Positions 51,656-61,025 of a stretch of 64,000 nt of DNA are shown here, piece after piece. The stretch's first letter is position 1. Each line of letters begins with the position of its first letter. The notes beneath the pieces are model-generated. The model was not told the origin of the DNA. It saw nothing but the letters and a program-made list of their open reading frames with translations, and ran no database searches. The position numbers and the translations under genes were made by a program. The DNA comes from a virus, in IMG/VR virus record IMGVR_UViG_3300028394_000038. One strand, written 5' to 3'.

Positions 51656-52240
51656 ATGGCACTAATAGACAGCGTACTAAATTTAGTAAACAAGACACCT
51701 AAAGATCCGGATGCACCTAAGCCTCCGGTTGGATCACGTAGCGAGCGTGAAGCGAAGATCAAAGATAAAGCGGGTATGGTTATTAACATATTTGCACTAT
51801 GTCTAGCAGTCAACGCATGGTACGGCGGCAAGTTGTCTAGCACAGTATTAAACAATACTATCAAGGCTAACGACACCTACAGTTTTTATCAAGCAAAATC
51901 AATCAAGCAATCACTTGCAGAACAAAATCTATATGAAGCACAACACAATGGCGATAAAGCCCGTGCTGTTGAAATGGCTGCTAAGATTGAACGTTACGAA
52001 AACGAGCCTAAAGAAGGTAAAAAAGATCTTATGGCAAAAGCCAAAGCATTAGAAGCAGAACGTGACGATGCTAAAACACGTAGCCCATGGATTGGATATG
52101 CAAGCACAGCATACCAGTTGGCAATCGTATTATTGTCAGCAAGTATTCTTGCTGTTAGCATGCCGTTGTTCTGGGGTAGTTTTGTAGTAGCAGGATTAGG
52201 ATTAGTATTGAGTCTACAGGGCGCATTACTAATATTTTAA
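51656..52240 (+). CDS. DUF4337-like membrane protein
   Basis: TM, ANDTYSFYQAKSIKQ, coiled coil, two TM. Late box at 51626-51632. Confidence 0.7.
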   Translation: MALIDSVLNLVNKTPKDPDAPKPPVGSRSEREAKIKDKAGMVINIFALCLAVNAWYGGKLSSTVLNNTIKANDTYSFYQAKSIKQSLAEQNLYEAQHNGDKARAVEMAAKIERYENEPKEGKKDLMAKAKALEAERDDAKTRSPWIGYASTAYQLAIVLLSASILAVSMPLFWGSFVVAGLGLVLSLQGALLIF

Positions 52241-52256
52241 AATACAGGAGCAACAA

Positions 52257-52787
52257 ATGAGCGAAGAAGTTAAAAGCACAAGCGAATCAAAAAAAGAAGA
52301 TTGGATGAATTCAAAATGGCGTCCAATGATGGGTTGGATGTACATGTTAGTATGTACTATGGACATGATTGTATTCCCAATTCTGTGGAGTTTATTGCAG
52401 ACATTTACCCATACACAAATTACACAATGGAATCCATTGACCTTACAGGGTGCTGGACTATTCCATATCGCAATGGGTGCAGTATTAGGCATTGCGGCAT
52501 TTGGTCGTACACAAGAAAAATTAAACGGAGCAAACAATGGCGGAGCACAACTACCATCAAGCGGGTCTACAACACCTAGCGCACCTGCGTCAGGATTTGG
52601 TGCCCAGACAGGGGGCTTCGGTTCTCCAGCACCAACAAGTAGCTTTAGCGGAAGCGGGTTTGGAAGCACACCTCCAGCTCCAGCAACATCAAGTTTTACA
52701 CCCCCAGCAAGTTGGAGTACAACACCAGTAGCAACAACGGCCGGCGGCAAAAAGATTGTGCCTGACGAGCCACAACCAGCAATTTAA
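52257..52787 (+). CDS. putative holin (GTA-type 3TM holin family) with a low-complexity tail
   Basis: WMNSKWRPMMGW...GAVLGIAAFGRTQEK, located in the lysis cluster. Confidence 0.75.
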   Translation: MSEEVKSTSESKKEDWMNSKWRPMMGWMYMLVCTMDMIVFPILWSLLQTFTHTQITQWNPLTLQGAGLFHIAMGAVLGIAAFGRTQEKLNGANNGGAQLPSSGSTTPSAPASGFGAQTGGFGSPAPTSSFSGSGFGSTPPAPATSSFTPPASWSTTPVATTAGGKKIVPDEPQPAI

Positions 52788-52798
52788 AGGAGCAGGAT

Positions 52799-52921
52799 AT
52801 GTTAGATACATTATTTTGGGTAGCACTAGGAGCATTTGTAGGATGGAATTTTCCACAGCCGTTTTGGGCAAAGATTATTCAAGAAAAAGTTCAAGCTATG
52901 TTAGCTAAGAAAGGAGTATAA
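52799..52921 (+). CDS. small membrane protein (40 aa, not in the ORF track)
   Basis: AGGAG RBS, MLDTLFWVALGAFVGWNFPQPFWAKIIQEKVQAMLAKKGV. Confidence 0.7.
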   Translation: MLDTLFWVALGAFVGWNFPQPFWAKIIQEKVQAMLAKKGV

Positions 52922-52922
52922 A

Positions 52923-53150
52923 ATGAAAAAGTTTTTAATTGCATTAAACATTGTAATATGGTCTTTTGTAGGATATCAAGCTACTGCATACGCAGAAGCA
53001 GTGGTTAAAGAAGTTTGTACACCAAAAGTGGACAAAGCTGGCAAGCCAGTGAATGATAAGAAAACTGGTAAACAAGCTCAAGATTGTAAAAAAATCAAAA
53101 CTCATAAAAAAGTAGAAGGTGAAGCTGTTCCAGACGGCAAGAAGAAATAA
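52923..53150 (+). CDS. small secreted basic protein
   Basis: Signal peptide ending AYA, two Cys, Lys-rich. Confidence 0.72.
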   Translation: MKKFLIALNIVIWSFVGYQATAYAEAVVKEVCTPKVDKAGKPVNDKKTGKQAQDCKKIKTHKKVEGEAVPDGKKK

Positions 53151-53155
53151 AAGTC

Positions 53156-53184
53156 TTGACATAAGTAAAAAGGTATAGTATAAT
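53156..53184 (+). promoter_or_regulatory. sigma70 promoter of dnaJ
   Basis: TTGACA (53156-53161), 17-bp spacer, TATAAT (53179-53184). Confidence 0.85.
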
Positions 53185-53201
53185 GTTTACTATACCTTTT
53201 T
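53167..53201. terminator. perfect 14-bp inverted repeat (terminator or operator) overlapping the -10 box
   Basis: AAAAAGGTATAGTA-taatgtt-TACTATACCTTTTT. Confidence 0.7.
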
Positions 53202-53219
53202 TCACCAATAAAATAAAAT

Positions 53220-54050
53220 ATGGACTATTATAATGTATTAGGTGTTCCTAGAGGTGCTAGCCCCGAGGACATTAAAAAAGCCTATAGAAAACTAGCCGCT
53301 GTACATCATCCAGATAGGGGTGGTGATACACAACAGTTTCAACAACTGCAAGAAGCATACGCAACACTCAGTGACGATCAAAAACGTGCCGAGTACGATA
53401 ACCCGCAACCACAATTTGGCGGGCCAGGTGGATTCCACTTTAATACCGGAAATATGAATGATATTTTTGGTAATATGTTTGGCGGACCGTTTGGCGGATT
53501 TCAGCAACGTGGAATGATGCGTAAAAATAAAAGTATCAATATCACTGTACAGATGACTCTTAAAGATATTCTGCATGGTAAAGATGTTATTGGTAGTATT
53601 CGATTACCTTCCGGTAGAGAACAAGCACTGCAACTTAAAATCCCTAGAGGGGTTGCAATGGGCGACAGTATTCGATTCCACGAGATGGGAGACGATACTC
53701 ATCCGCAACTGCAACGTGGAGACCTAATTGCTGTTATTCAAGAAATACCGCATCCACAGTTTGAACGTAGGTGTGCAGACCTGTACACCACTGCACCGAT
53801 ATCTGTGTTTGATACAATGCTTGGAACATCAATTAAGATTCAAACTGTAGAAGATTCAACATTGGATATCACCATACCGGCAGGTATCAATCCAGGTACT
53901 ACTATGTCATGTAATCAATACGGATTGCCACTTGGTATGCATGAACACCGACGCGGTAATTTGTATGTTAAAATTGATGTTGTTGTTCCAAAGTCAATAG
54001 ACTACGAAGATGCTGAAATATTAAGACATTTAAAATCCAAGTACGGTTGA
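53220..54050 (+). CDS. dnaJ: DnaJ/CbpA-type co-chaperone (no Zn finger)
   Basis: DYYNVLGV, HPD motif, G/F-rich linker, C-terminal DnaJ_C domain. Confidence 0.93.
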   Translation: MDYYNVLGVPRGASPEDIKKAYRKLAAVHHPDRGGDTQQFQQLQEAYATLSDDQKRAEYDNPQPQFGGPGGFHFNTGNMNDIFGNMFGGPFGGFQQRGMMRKNKSINITVQMTLKDILHGKDVIGSIRLPSGREQALQLKIPRGVAMGDSIRFHEMGDDTHPQLQRGDLIAVIQEIPHPQFERRCADLYTTAPISVFDTMLGTSIKIQTVEDSTLDITIPAGINPGTTMSCNQYGLPLGMHEHRRGNLYVKIDVVVPKSIDYEDAEILRHLKSKYG

Positions 54051-54074
54051 CAATAATCTTAATTCGTGTATAAT
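54047..54074 (+). promoter_or_regulatory. sigma70 promoter of clpA
   Basis: TTGACA (54047-54052), 16-bp spacer, TATAAT (54069-54074). Confidence 0.72.
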
Positions 54075-54101
54075 TAACTCATCATAACCCAAGGAAACGT
54101 A

Positions 54102-56354
54102 ATGGTAGAACCAAGTGATCAATTACAACAAGTATTTGAAAAAGCAGTTGAAGACTGTAAAAAACTCTCGCACGAGTATGTAACGCTAGAACATTTAGTG
54201 TATGCTATGCTTTGCGAAGAAAAATTCTTTGAGCTATTAACAAATTTTGGTTCTGATACAACATATATCAAAACCAACCTAGAGCATTATTTGAAAACTA
54301 ATCTTGACGAGATTAAAATTGAAAATGCTCCAAGGGGATTTAAACCTAAAAAGACGCAGACAGTCGAGCGTGTGCTAAATCGTGCGTTTACACAGGTGTT
54401 GTTTAGCGGACGTCAAAGTATTGAACTTGTTGATGTGTTTTTAAGTATCCTTAGTGAAAAACGTAGCTACGCTGTTTATTATATTAATAAGGGCGGTATT
54501 GAGCGTGATAAATTTGCCGATTTTGTTAATAACGAACTCAACGAAGAAGAAGAAGATACTGTAGTAGATGCACAAAGCGAAAAAGCATTAAGAGCATTTA
54601 CCACTAACCTTAATGATCAAGTTAAGAAAGCAAAAGTTGATCCTGTAATTGGTCGAGTGGAAGAGCTTGAGCAAATTGCATTAGGACTAGGTCGTCGTAC
54701 TAAAAACAATGTATTATTAGTCGGAGACCCGGGCGTTGGTAAGACTGCTATCGCAGAGGGCCTTGCATTTAATATTATTCACGGTGCTGTTCCAGAATTC
54801 TTAAAAGAATACACCGTATTCAATTTAGATATTAGTGCTATGCTTGCCGGCAGTAAGTATCGTGGAGACTTTGAAGAACGTTTCAAACTAGTGCTTAAAG
54901 CTCTTGCCGGCAAAGGTAAGACTATTTTATTCATTGATGAAGCGCACATGATTAGTGGCGCAGGTGCCGGTGGTAGCAATAGTAGTAATGATCTTGCTAA
55001 CATGATGAAGCCAGCATTGAGTAAAGGCACTATCAAAGTTGTAGCTAGTACCACATGGGAAGAATATCGCAAGCACTTTGAAAAAGATCGCGCATTGATG
55101 CGTCGATTCCAACGTATCACCGTTGACGAGCCTACTCCAGAAGTGGCCATTGATATTCTTAAAGGTATTAAGAAGTATTACGAAAAGCACCACAATGCTA
55201 CTATTAGCGATGCGGCTGTTGAGTCAGCAGTTAAGTTAAGCGTTAAGTATCTGACTGATCGTAAGCTACCAGACAAGGCTATTGACTTGATCGATGTTGC
55301 ATGTTCACGCTTTAACATCAAACAAGTTGATAACAGAAGTGTTGATGTAGCTGAGATTCAATTTGAGCTTGCTAAGATGGCTAACTTACCTGAAGAAACT
55401 GTCAAAGAAAAAGAAAGTGAAAATCTTGTTCACCTTGAAAAGAATCTTAAAGGTGAAATTTACGGACAAGACGAAGCTATTACAGAAGTTGTTGACAAGA
55501 TTCTTGTTGCACAGGCTGGCTTGAAAGCAGAAAATAAACCTATTGGTAGTTTTGTGTTCATGGGCCCAACTGGTGTTGGTAAAACTGAAGCGGCCAAACA
55601 ATTGGCTAGACAATTGGGTATTCCAATGATCCGTTTTGATATGAGTGAATATCAAGAAAAACATTCTGTAAGCAAGTTAATTGGAAGCCCTCCAGGTTAT
55701 GTTGGCTTTGAAGAAAACGCAGGTCTACTGATTACTAAACTGCAAGAACAACCACATTGTGTATTATTGCTAGACGAGATTGAAAAGTCACACCCAGATG
55801 TGTCAACTATCTTATTACAGTTAATGGACAATGGTAAAGTTACAGGATCTAATGGTAAAGAAGCAGACTGCCGAAATGTAGTGCTTATTATGACCACTAA
55901 CTTAGGTGCCGCTGACGCAGATCGTAATGTTATTGGTTTTGGTAGTCAAGAAAACGACTACGAAGATAAAGAACTTAAGAAGTTCTTTGCTCCAGAGTTC
56001 CGTAATCGTTTAGATGGTATCATTACATTCAGCAAACTAAGCAAAGAAACAATGATTAAAATTGTTGGCAAGTTCCTAGTAGAACTCAAAGCTCAAGTTA
56101 ATGATAAAGGCATTAAAGTTACTATTAGCAACGAAGCTATCGACTACTTGGTAGAAAAAGGTTTTGACAGCAAGATGGGTGCTAGGCCATTACAGCGTGT
56201 TATTGACAAAGATGTTAAACGTCCGCTGTCACGCGAAATGTTATTTGGTGGATTAAAAGACGGCGGCACAGTTGAGATTGATGTTAATGACTCTGGTATT
56301 ATATTGAAAGTTAAAGAGAATGTATCAGAAGAAAACTACCAAACTATTCTTTAA
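54102..56354 (+). CDS. clpA: ATP-dependent Clp protease ATP-binding subunit ClpA
   Basis: Clp N domain, two AAA+ modules (GDPGVGKT, GPTGVGKT), no ClpB middle domain, IGF ClpP-docking loop (NVIGFG), GARPL. Confidence 0.94.
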   Translation: MVEPSDQLQQVFEKAVEDCKKLSHEYVTLEHLVYAMLCEEKFFELLTNFGSDTTYIKTNLEHYLKTNLDEIKIENAPRGFKPKKTQTVERVLNRAFTQVLFSGRQSIELVDVFLSILSEKRSYAVYYINKGGIERDKFADFVNNELNEEEEDTVVDAQSEKALRAFTTNLNDQVKKAKVDPVIGRVEELEQIALGLGRRTKNNVLLVGDPGVGKTAIAEGLAFNIIHGAVPEFLKEYTVFNLDISAMLAGSKYRGDFEERFKLVLKALAGKGKTILFIDEAHMISGAGAGGSNSSNDLANMMKPALSKGTIKVVASTTWEEYRKHFEKDRALMRRFQRITVDEPTPEVAIDILKGIKKYYEKHHNATISDAAVESAVKLSVKYLTDRKLPDKAIDLIDVACSRFNIKQVDNRSVDVAEIQFELAKMANLPEETVKEKESENLVHLEKNLKGEIYGQDEAITEVVDKILVAQAGLKAENKPIGSFVFMGPTGVGKTEAAKQLARQLGIPMIRFDMSEYQEKHSVSKLIGSPPGYVGFEENAGLLITKLQEQPHCVLLLDEIEKSHPDVSTILLQLMDNGKVTGSNGKEADCRNVVLIMTTNLGAADADRNVIGFGSQENDYEDKELKKFFAPEFRNRLDGIITFSKLSKETMIKIVGKFLVELKAQVNDKGIKVTISNEAIDYLVEKGFDSKMGARPLQRVIDKDVKRPLSREMLFGGLKDGGTVEIDVNDSGIILKVKENVSEENYQTIL

Positions 56355-56973
56355 CAGGTTTGTTTATAAGGTAGCAGTTCGTACTCCGTTGTCTACGCTG
56401 TTTAGAGGTAAAAATCTTCCAAACACTAGACAACAGATCGAAGTTCTAGCTGATCGATTTAGCAATAATCGAGTATCATCGACTAATATAACCAACGGGT
56501 GGCGAAGCAGACAACAAGCAACATCAACAGATGTGTTTGTTGGTCTATTGCTATTAGATCAATTAGAGTCGCTGAGTGATTTTACACTTAGGGTTGAAAA
56601 TAGTACATTAGGTTTGTACTCTAATGATTTAGATTTTATCTCAAAAATTACTAATATTGTTAATATTGATGTAGAAGAAATTGCCGTTCCTGAAACTGAC
56701 GAAGTTCGTGACTTCTTATTGTCAAATCCCAAAGCTATTATTCGTGGAGAGTACACTCATAAGTATAAAGTAACTATTACTGGCTTATGGGATTCTGCTG
56801 ATAATTTTAAAGAATGGGCCGTTAAACTGCCTAAGATTAAGACTACTAACAACAAATACAAGTACGGTGGGCACTTTTACGTAGCAGATGAAAAGACTTT
56901 AAGCCTTTGTCACATCTTTTTAGCTGATAAAATACGTAAAGTAGAGCAGTTAGTCACTACAACGGAAATTTAA
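56320..56973 (+). CDS. hypothetical protein
   Basis: 217-aa ORF overlapping the clpA end by 35 nt. Confidence 0.7.
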   Translation: MYQKKTTKLFFNRFVYKVAVRTPLSTLFRGKNLPNTRQQIEVLADRFSNNRVSSTNITNGWRSRQQATSTDVFVGLLLLDQLESLSDFTLRVENSTLGLYSNDLDFISKITNIVNIDVEEIAVPETDEVRDFLLSNPKAIIRGEYTHKYKVTITGLWDSADNFKEWAVKLPKIKTTNNKYKYGGHFYVADEKTLSLCHIFLADKIRKVEQLVTTTEI

Positions 56974-57020
56974 CCTAACTTCAAAATAGCATAAATACTC
57001 TATAATAAGGTATCTGTGCT

Positions 57021-57365
57021 ATGAGAATGGATGAAGTTGTAAACTCAGTATTAAATCTAGAAGAAATGGATCTGCCTGACGATCTACATTTCTTCATGCA
57101 TAACGATCACAATTTCTATCGTAAAGTGTTCTTTCCTATGATTAGCAAGGTTAAAGCACACATTAAAGCAGGTAATCGTTGTCACGATGGTGTTTTTCGT
57201 CCTGTAGTTGATCATGCCGCAGAAGCATACTGCAAAAAATTTAATATTCCCGATAACCATAAGTCAGTGTTTACTAACATTGACCGTGACGAACTAGCCC
57301 GTAAGATTTTTGGTCAAGAAAAGGATCGCATTGAGCAGGGCGACTATGATGGAGACGACCAATGA
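57021..57365 (+). CDS. hypothetical late protein
   Basis: ATAAATA at 56991-56997, 114 aa. Confidence 0.75.
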   Translation: MRMDEVVNSVLNLEEMDLPDDLHFFMHNDHNFYRKVFFPMISKVKAHIKAGNRCHDGVFRPVVDHAAEAYCKKFNIPDNHKSVFTNIDRDELARKIFGQEKDRIEQGDYDGDDQ

Positions 57366-58123
57366 TTTTATTAGAAGGCGGAAATGTATTTGCTAATGCA
57401 ACTCCATTTGATCACAAAGATGTTCCTGCAATACTCAAAACAATTAACGGAGCACTAGCTGGCACAGGTATTACTGCTATCCCCGTTGGCTCTGCCGCAA
57501 CTCCTAAACCAGGTAAGACTAGTGGCGATATGGATGTTATTGTTGACGAACAGGCTGTATTAAACTACTTTAAAGTCAAAGATGCTAAAGCAGGTCGTAA
57601 AGCACTTAACGATTATATCAGCAGTAAAGGTTTAGAAACAGCACAAAGCGGTATTAACGTTCACGTAAATGTTCCAGTTGGCGGAGAATTTCATCAAGTA
57701 GATGTTATGGTATCAGCTAATGCTGAGAAAGTATCTAAGTTTCACACACATACTATTCCCGATAACAGTCCGTACAAGGGTGTCAACAAACAACTAATGA
57801 TGGCTATCCTTGCCAAACAGAAAAACTACATGTGGTCAGCATGGCAGGGATTGTTTAGTCGTACACCAGAAGGTAAGAAGGGCGACCTAGTTGCTGACAA
57901 CTTAGATGATGTAGCTAAACACCTATTTGGACCTAACGGTAGTGCTAAAGATTTAGGTAGCGTAGAAAGTATTCTTGCCGCATTACCAAAACAAGAAGCA
58001 GATGCATTACTAGCAAAAGCCAAAGAAGATGCCAACTGGAAAGAAGTACCAGTCCGTCAAGAAAGTTATCGTATTGGAACTAATGAATGGTTTCGCCACA
58101 TGTTGGATAAGGTACAGTTATGA
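57362..58123 (+). CDS. Pol-beta-superfamily nucleotidyltransferase-like protein
   Basis: PVGSA...SGDMDVIV and a downstream QVDVM third acidic residue. Confidence 0.6.
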   Translation: MILLEGGNVFANATPFDHKDVPAILKTINGALAGTGITAIPVGSAATPKPGKTSGDMDVIVDEQAVLNYFKVKDAKAGRKALNDYISSKGLETAQSGINVHVNVPVGGEFHQVDVMVSANAEKVSKFHTHTIPDNSPYKGVNKQLMMAILAKQKNYMWSAWQGLFSRTPEGKKGDLVADNLDDVAKHLFGPNGSAKDLGSVESILAALPKQEADALLAKAKEDANWKEVPVRQESYRIGTNEWFRHMLDKVQL

Positions 58124-59262
58124 GATTAAGACAACTGTTTAAAGAAGCAGAAGCACCTAAACAGTTAGGTCGAGCATTTAACCACCTAGAAGATCTAGTT
58201 TTCTTTCACGGTACTAAAGGCACACTTGAAGCACTAAGTCATATCAAAGATTTTGCTAGTCAAGAAGGAGCTAATAGTATTCGTATGAAGTGGGACGGTA
58301 ATCCACAAATATATTGGGGCCGTGCTGAGGCTAACGGTCCTTTAATACTTGCAGGACATAATGGTTGGAGCAAAGGTGCTGTAACAGATAGTCCAGAAGC
58401 AGTACAAGATTTTATTGCCAATAAGTCGGGAAGTCCAAAAACTCCCGAAGAGAAAGAAGCAAGAGATAAATTTGCCAGCGAGTTCGCTAGTCTGTATCCC
58501 CTGTTTGACAAAGCTACTCCACGAGACTTCGTGGGCTTTGTATATGCAGATGGTTTGTTCTTACAACAACCTCCAGCAGATAAAGAAGGCATATATAACT
58601 TTTGTCCCAATAATAAAAGTCAAACATGTTATCATGTGAGATCCAATAGCGGATTAGGTAAGCGTATTGCTAATGCACAAGTAATGGTAGTGGGACATGC
58701 GTTTTTTCCAGAGTTTGGTATGCCAGATGCTAGTCAAAAGCCTATCAGTGACTTCAGTCAGTTCAATAGTAATCCACAGTTAATTGTTCTTGGCCCAATA
58801 TACAACAGCAAGCCTGTTAAGATTGATACTACAGCAGTCGATGCCATTGAGCAGTTTGCACAGGCGCACGGTGGTCAAATGGATGGATTCCTACAAGGGC
58901 TTCCGGGACTAAGCGACCTAAAAAATATTATCTACACTTATGTAAATCAAACTGCCAAAGCAAAACAGTTAGACAGTCTAAGTCCAAAACATTTTACAGA
59001 TTGGTTAGCTGTATCAAAGACTAGTCCAGGCAAACAACAAAAGATTAATGATCTAGTTGCGGCAAACCCAACTGCACTAGCAACTATCTTTACACTGGTA
59101 AAAAGAATACAAGCAATGAAAGACGACATCATTGATCAAATCGAAGGCGAACAGGGTGAGATATGGGACACAAATGGCGAAGGTCGTGTTCGATATGCGG
59201 ATCAAAATAAACAGCTAGGTCACGTTAAACTTGTACCTCGCAAGCGTTGGACGCCGACCTAA
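58120..59262 (+). CDS. ligase-fold (KxDG) nucleotidyltransferase-like protein
   Basis: MKWDGNP (motif I-like), YADGLF, EGRV (motif IV-like), VKLVPR (motif V-like). Confidence 0.6.
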   Translation: MRLRQLFKEAEAPKQLGRAFNHLEDLVFFHGTKGTLEALSHIKDFASQEGANSIRMKWDGNPQIYWGRAEANGPLILAGHNGWSKGAVTDSPEAVQDFIANKSGSPKTPEEKEARDKFASEFASLYPLFDKATPRDFVGFVYADGLFLQQPPADKEGIYNFCPNNKSQTCYHVRSNSGLGKRIANAQVMVVGHAFFPEFGMPDASQKPISDFSQFNSNPQLIVLGPIYNSKPVKIDTTAVDAIEQFAQAHGGQMDGFLQGLPGLSDLKNIIYTYVNQTAKAKQLDSLSPKHFTDWLAVSKTSPGKQQKINDLVAANPTALATIFTLVKRIQAMKDDIIDQIEGEQGEIWDTNGEGRVRYADQNKQLGHVKLVPRKRWTPT

Positions 59263-59271
59263 GGACTTATT

Positions 59272-60303
59272 ATGAAACTAAGACAGATATTTGAAGGGCT
59301 AGGACAAGAAGTTGCCATTATATTTGGTCGCTTTAATCCTCCGCACAAGGGACATAGAGCCGCATGGGAACTTGCCGCTAAGAGTCCTGTTTGGTATGTA
59401 GGTACTAACGAAAGCACAGTAGGTCCAAAAGATCCATTGCCTTACGGCATTAAGGTAGAAGCAATGACTGCTATATGGCCAGAAGTTGAAGGACATATTA
59501 TTGCAGAAACATCATGGCTAACGCTAGCCAGTCTGGTCTATGAAAAACACGGTGATGTTACACTACTATGTCTAACTGATGAAGATTGGGTTACTAAAAC
59601 CATTGTACAGTATAATGGTAAAGAAGGCGCACACGGTTTCTATAATTTTAAAACTATTAAACAAAAACCAACACCACGTTTAAGTTCAGCTACAGCATTA
59701 CGTGATGCAGTTTCTAAAGGTGATCGTGAAGCGTTTGCCACTGCCGCTGGTGTAGATGCTGATACTCCTGTAGCTGGTAAACCGTTCTTTGATCTAGTAG
59801 CAGAATACCTGCTACCATACTCTAATGCACCTGTAAAGAAAGTAGCAAAGAAAAAAGTTGCGGCTCCTGTGGAAGGCGTAACAGAAGCCACCTTAGGAAC
59901 TGCATTAGAGTGGCCAGAAGTTGCAAACAAAGTTAACAGCGCAATGAGGGCTATGGGTTGGAAAGGTCAACGTAAAGGCGATGATGCGTTTATGTTCTCA
60001 ACTAAAGGTCAAGAAACTGACGATCAGTTTTATTTTGTTATCATAGAAAATGCAGGTAACAACATGTTTCATTATGCACTAGGTACAGTAGAAGACGGTG
60101 ATCCTCATATTGATGATGCTTATAAAGGTAATCTACCCAATACTGAAGCAAGTGTTAGTGAATTAATGAACGATATACGTGAAGGCTTTGGATTGCACGA
60201 AGATGCCGCAGGTGTAGGTATCATTACTAAACAGAATTCAACTGTGGATGTAAACAAAGGTACACCCCGTAAAAATCTCAAAGCATTTAGACTAGTAAAA
60301 TGA
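59272..60303 (+). CDS. HxGH cytidylyltransferase-like protein with C-terminal extension
   Basis: FGRFNPPHKGH, KDPL, SSATALR. Confidence 0.8.
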   Translation: MKLRQIFEGLGQEVAIIFGRFNPPHKGHRAAWELAAKSPVWYVGTNESTVGPKDPLPYGIKVEAMTAIWPEVEGHIIAETSWLTLASLVYEKHGDVTLLCLTDEDWVTKTIVQYNGKEGAHGFYNFKTIKQKPTPRLSSATALRDAVSKGDREAFATAAGVDADTPVAGKPFFDLVAEYLLPYSNAPVKKVAKKKVAAPVEGVTEATLGTALEWPEVANKVNSAMRAMGWKGQRKGDDAFMFSTKGQETDDQFYFVIIENAGNNMFHYALGTVEDGDPHIDDAYKGNLPNTEASVSELMNDIREGFGLHEDAAGVGIITKQNSTVDVNKGTPRKNLKAFRLVK

Positions 60304-60587
60304 AACAATATAAGATAACAAGTCAAGATTTAAATCAGGATAGTCCTGATGATTGTTATCTTGCGCCCAATGATCCTGTACATGAACTAAAAATATTATC
60401 AGGTATGGGCGGACTAGGTGCAGAAGCTAGACTACACGAGTATCGTGCCAATCAAGGTAGTAACATAAGTGTTACTGGAGATAGCAAGGGCGAACTAATG
60501 AAGAAGCATAACATACAACCTGGAACTAAAGAATGGTTTAAGTTATGGTTTAGTCGTCCTTATCTTACCGGAGAACCTCCCGTATGA
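60300..60587 (+). CDS. hypothetical protein
   Basis: Coupled ORF, NIQPGTKEWFKLWF motif. Confidence 0.72.
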   Translation: MKQYKITSQDLNQDSPDDCYLAPNDPVHELKILSGMGGLGAEARLHEYRANQGSNISVTGDSKGELMKKHNIQPGTKEWFKLWFSRPYLTGEPPV

Positions 60588-60991
60588 CTTTACGTGAACT
60601 GTTTGAACATAAAAAAGGCATTCGTGCTAAAAAATATAACAAGAAACCTAAGAAGTTTATTGAACCAATCAAGCCAAAGAAAGCAGAAGCGCCCCATACA
60701 ACAGAAGACCTAGACGAAGGTTGGAAAACTAAAGTTGCAGGTGCCGCAATGGCAGCGGCAAATATGTTAGGAACACCGGCTCATGCTAACGATGTAGAAT
60801 ATAAACTTCCCGATATTGTTGCTCATATTACTATGACAGTAAATGGCAAGACGATTGAAAAAGAAATCAATCTAGGTACTGAATATCAAAGTCCGGCAGA
60901 AGCAGAAAAAGCTGTTGCTAAATGGTTAAAAGAAAAAGGTATTAAAAGTTATAGAATAGATTTACAACGTGCTAATACAAATAAAGATTAG
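60584..60991 (+). CDS. putative internal head protein
   Basis: MTLRELFE N-terminus, Lys-rich, LDEGWK...AGAAMAAA segment. Confidence 0.65.
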   Translation: MTLRELFEHKKGIRAKKYNKKPKKFIEPIKPKKAEAPHTTEDLDEGWKTKVAGAAMAAANMLGTPAHANDVEYKLPDIVAHITMTVNGKTIEKEINLGTEYQSPAEAEKAVAKWLKEKGIKSYRIDLQRANTNKD

Positions 60992-61025
60992 AAAAATATA
61001 TTAAATATTGCATGAGGAAAATATT

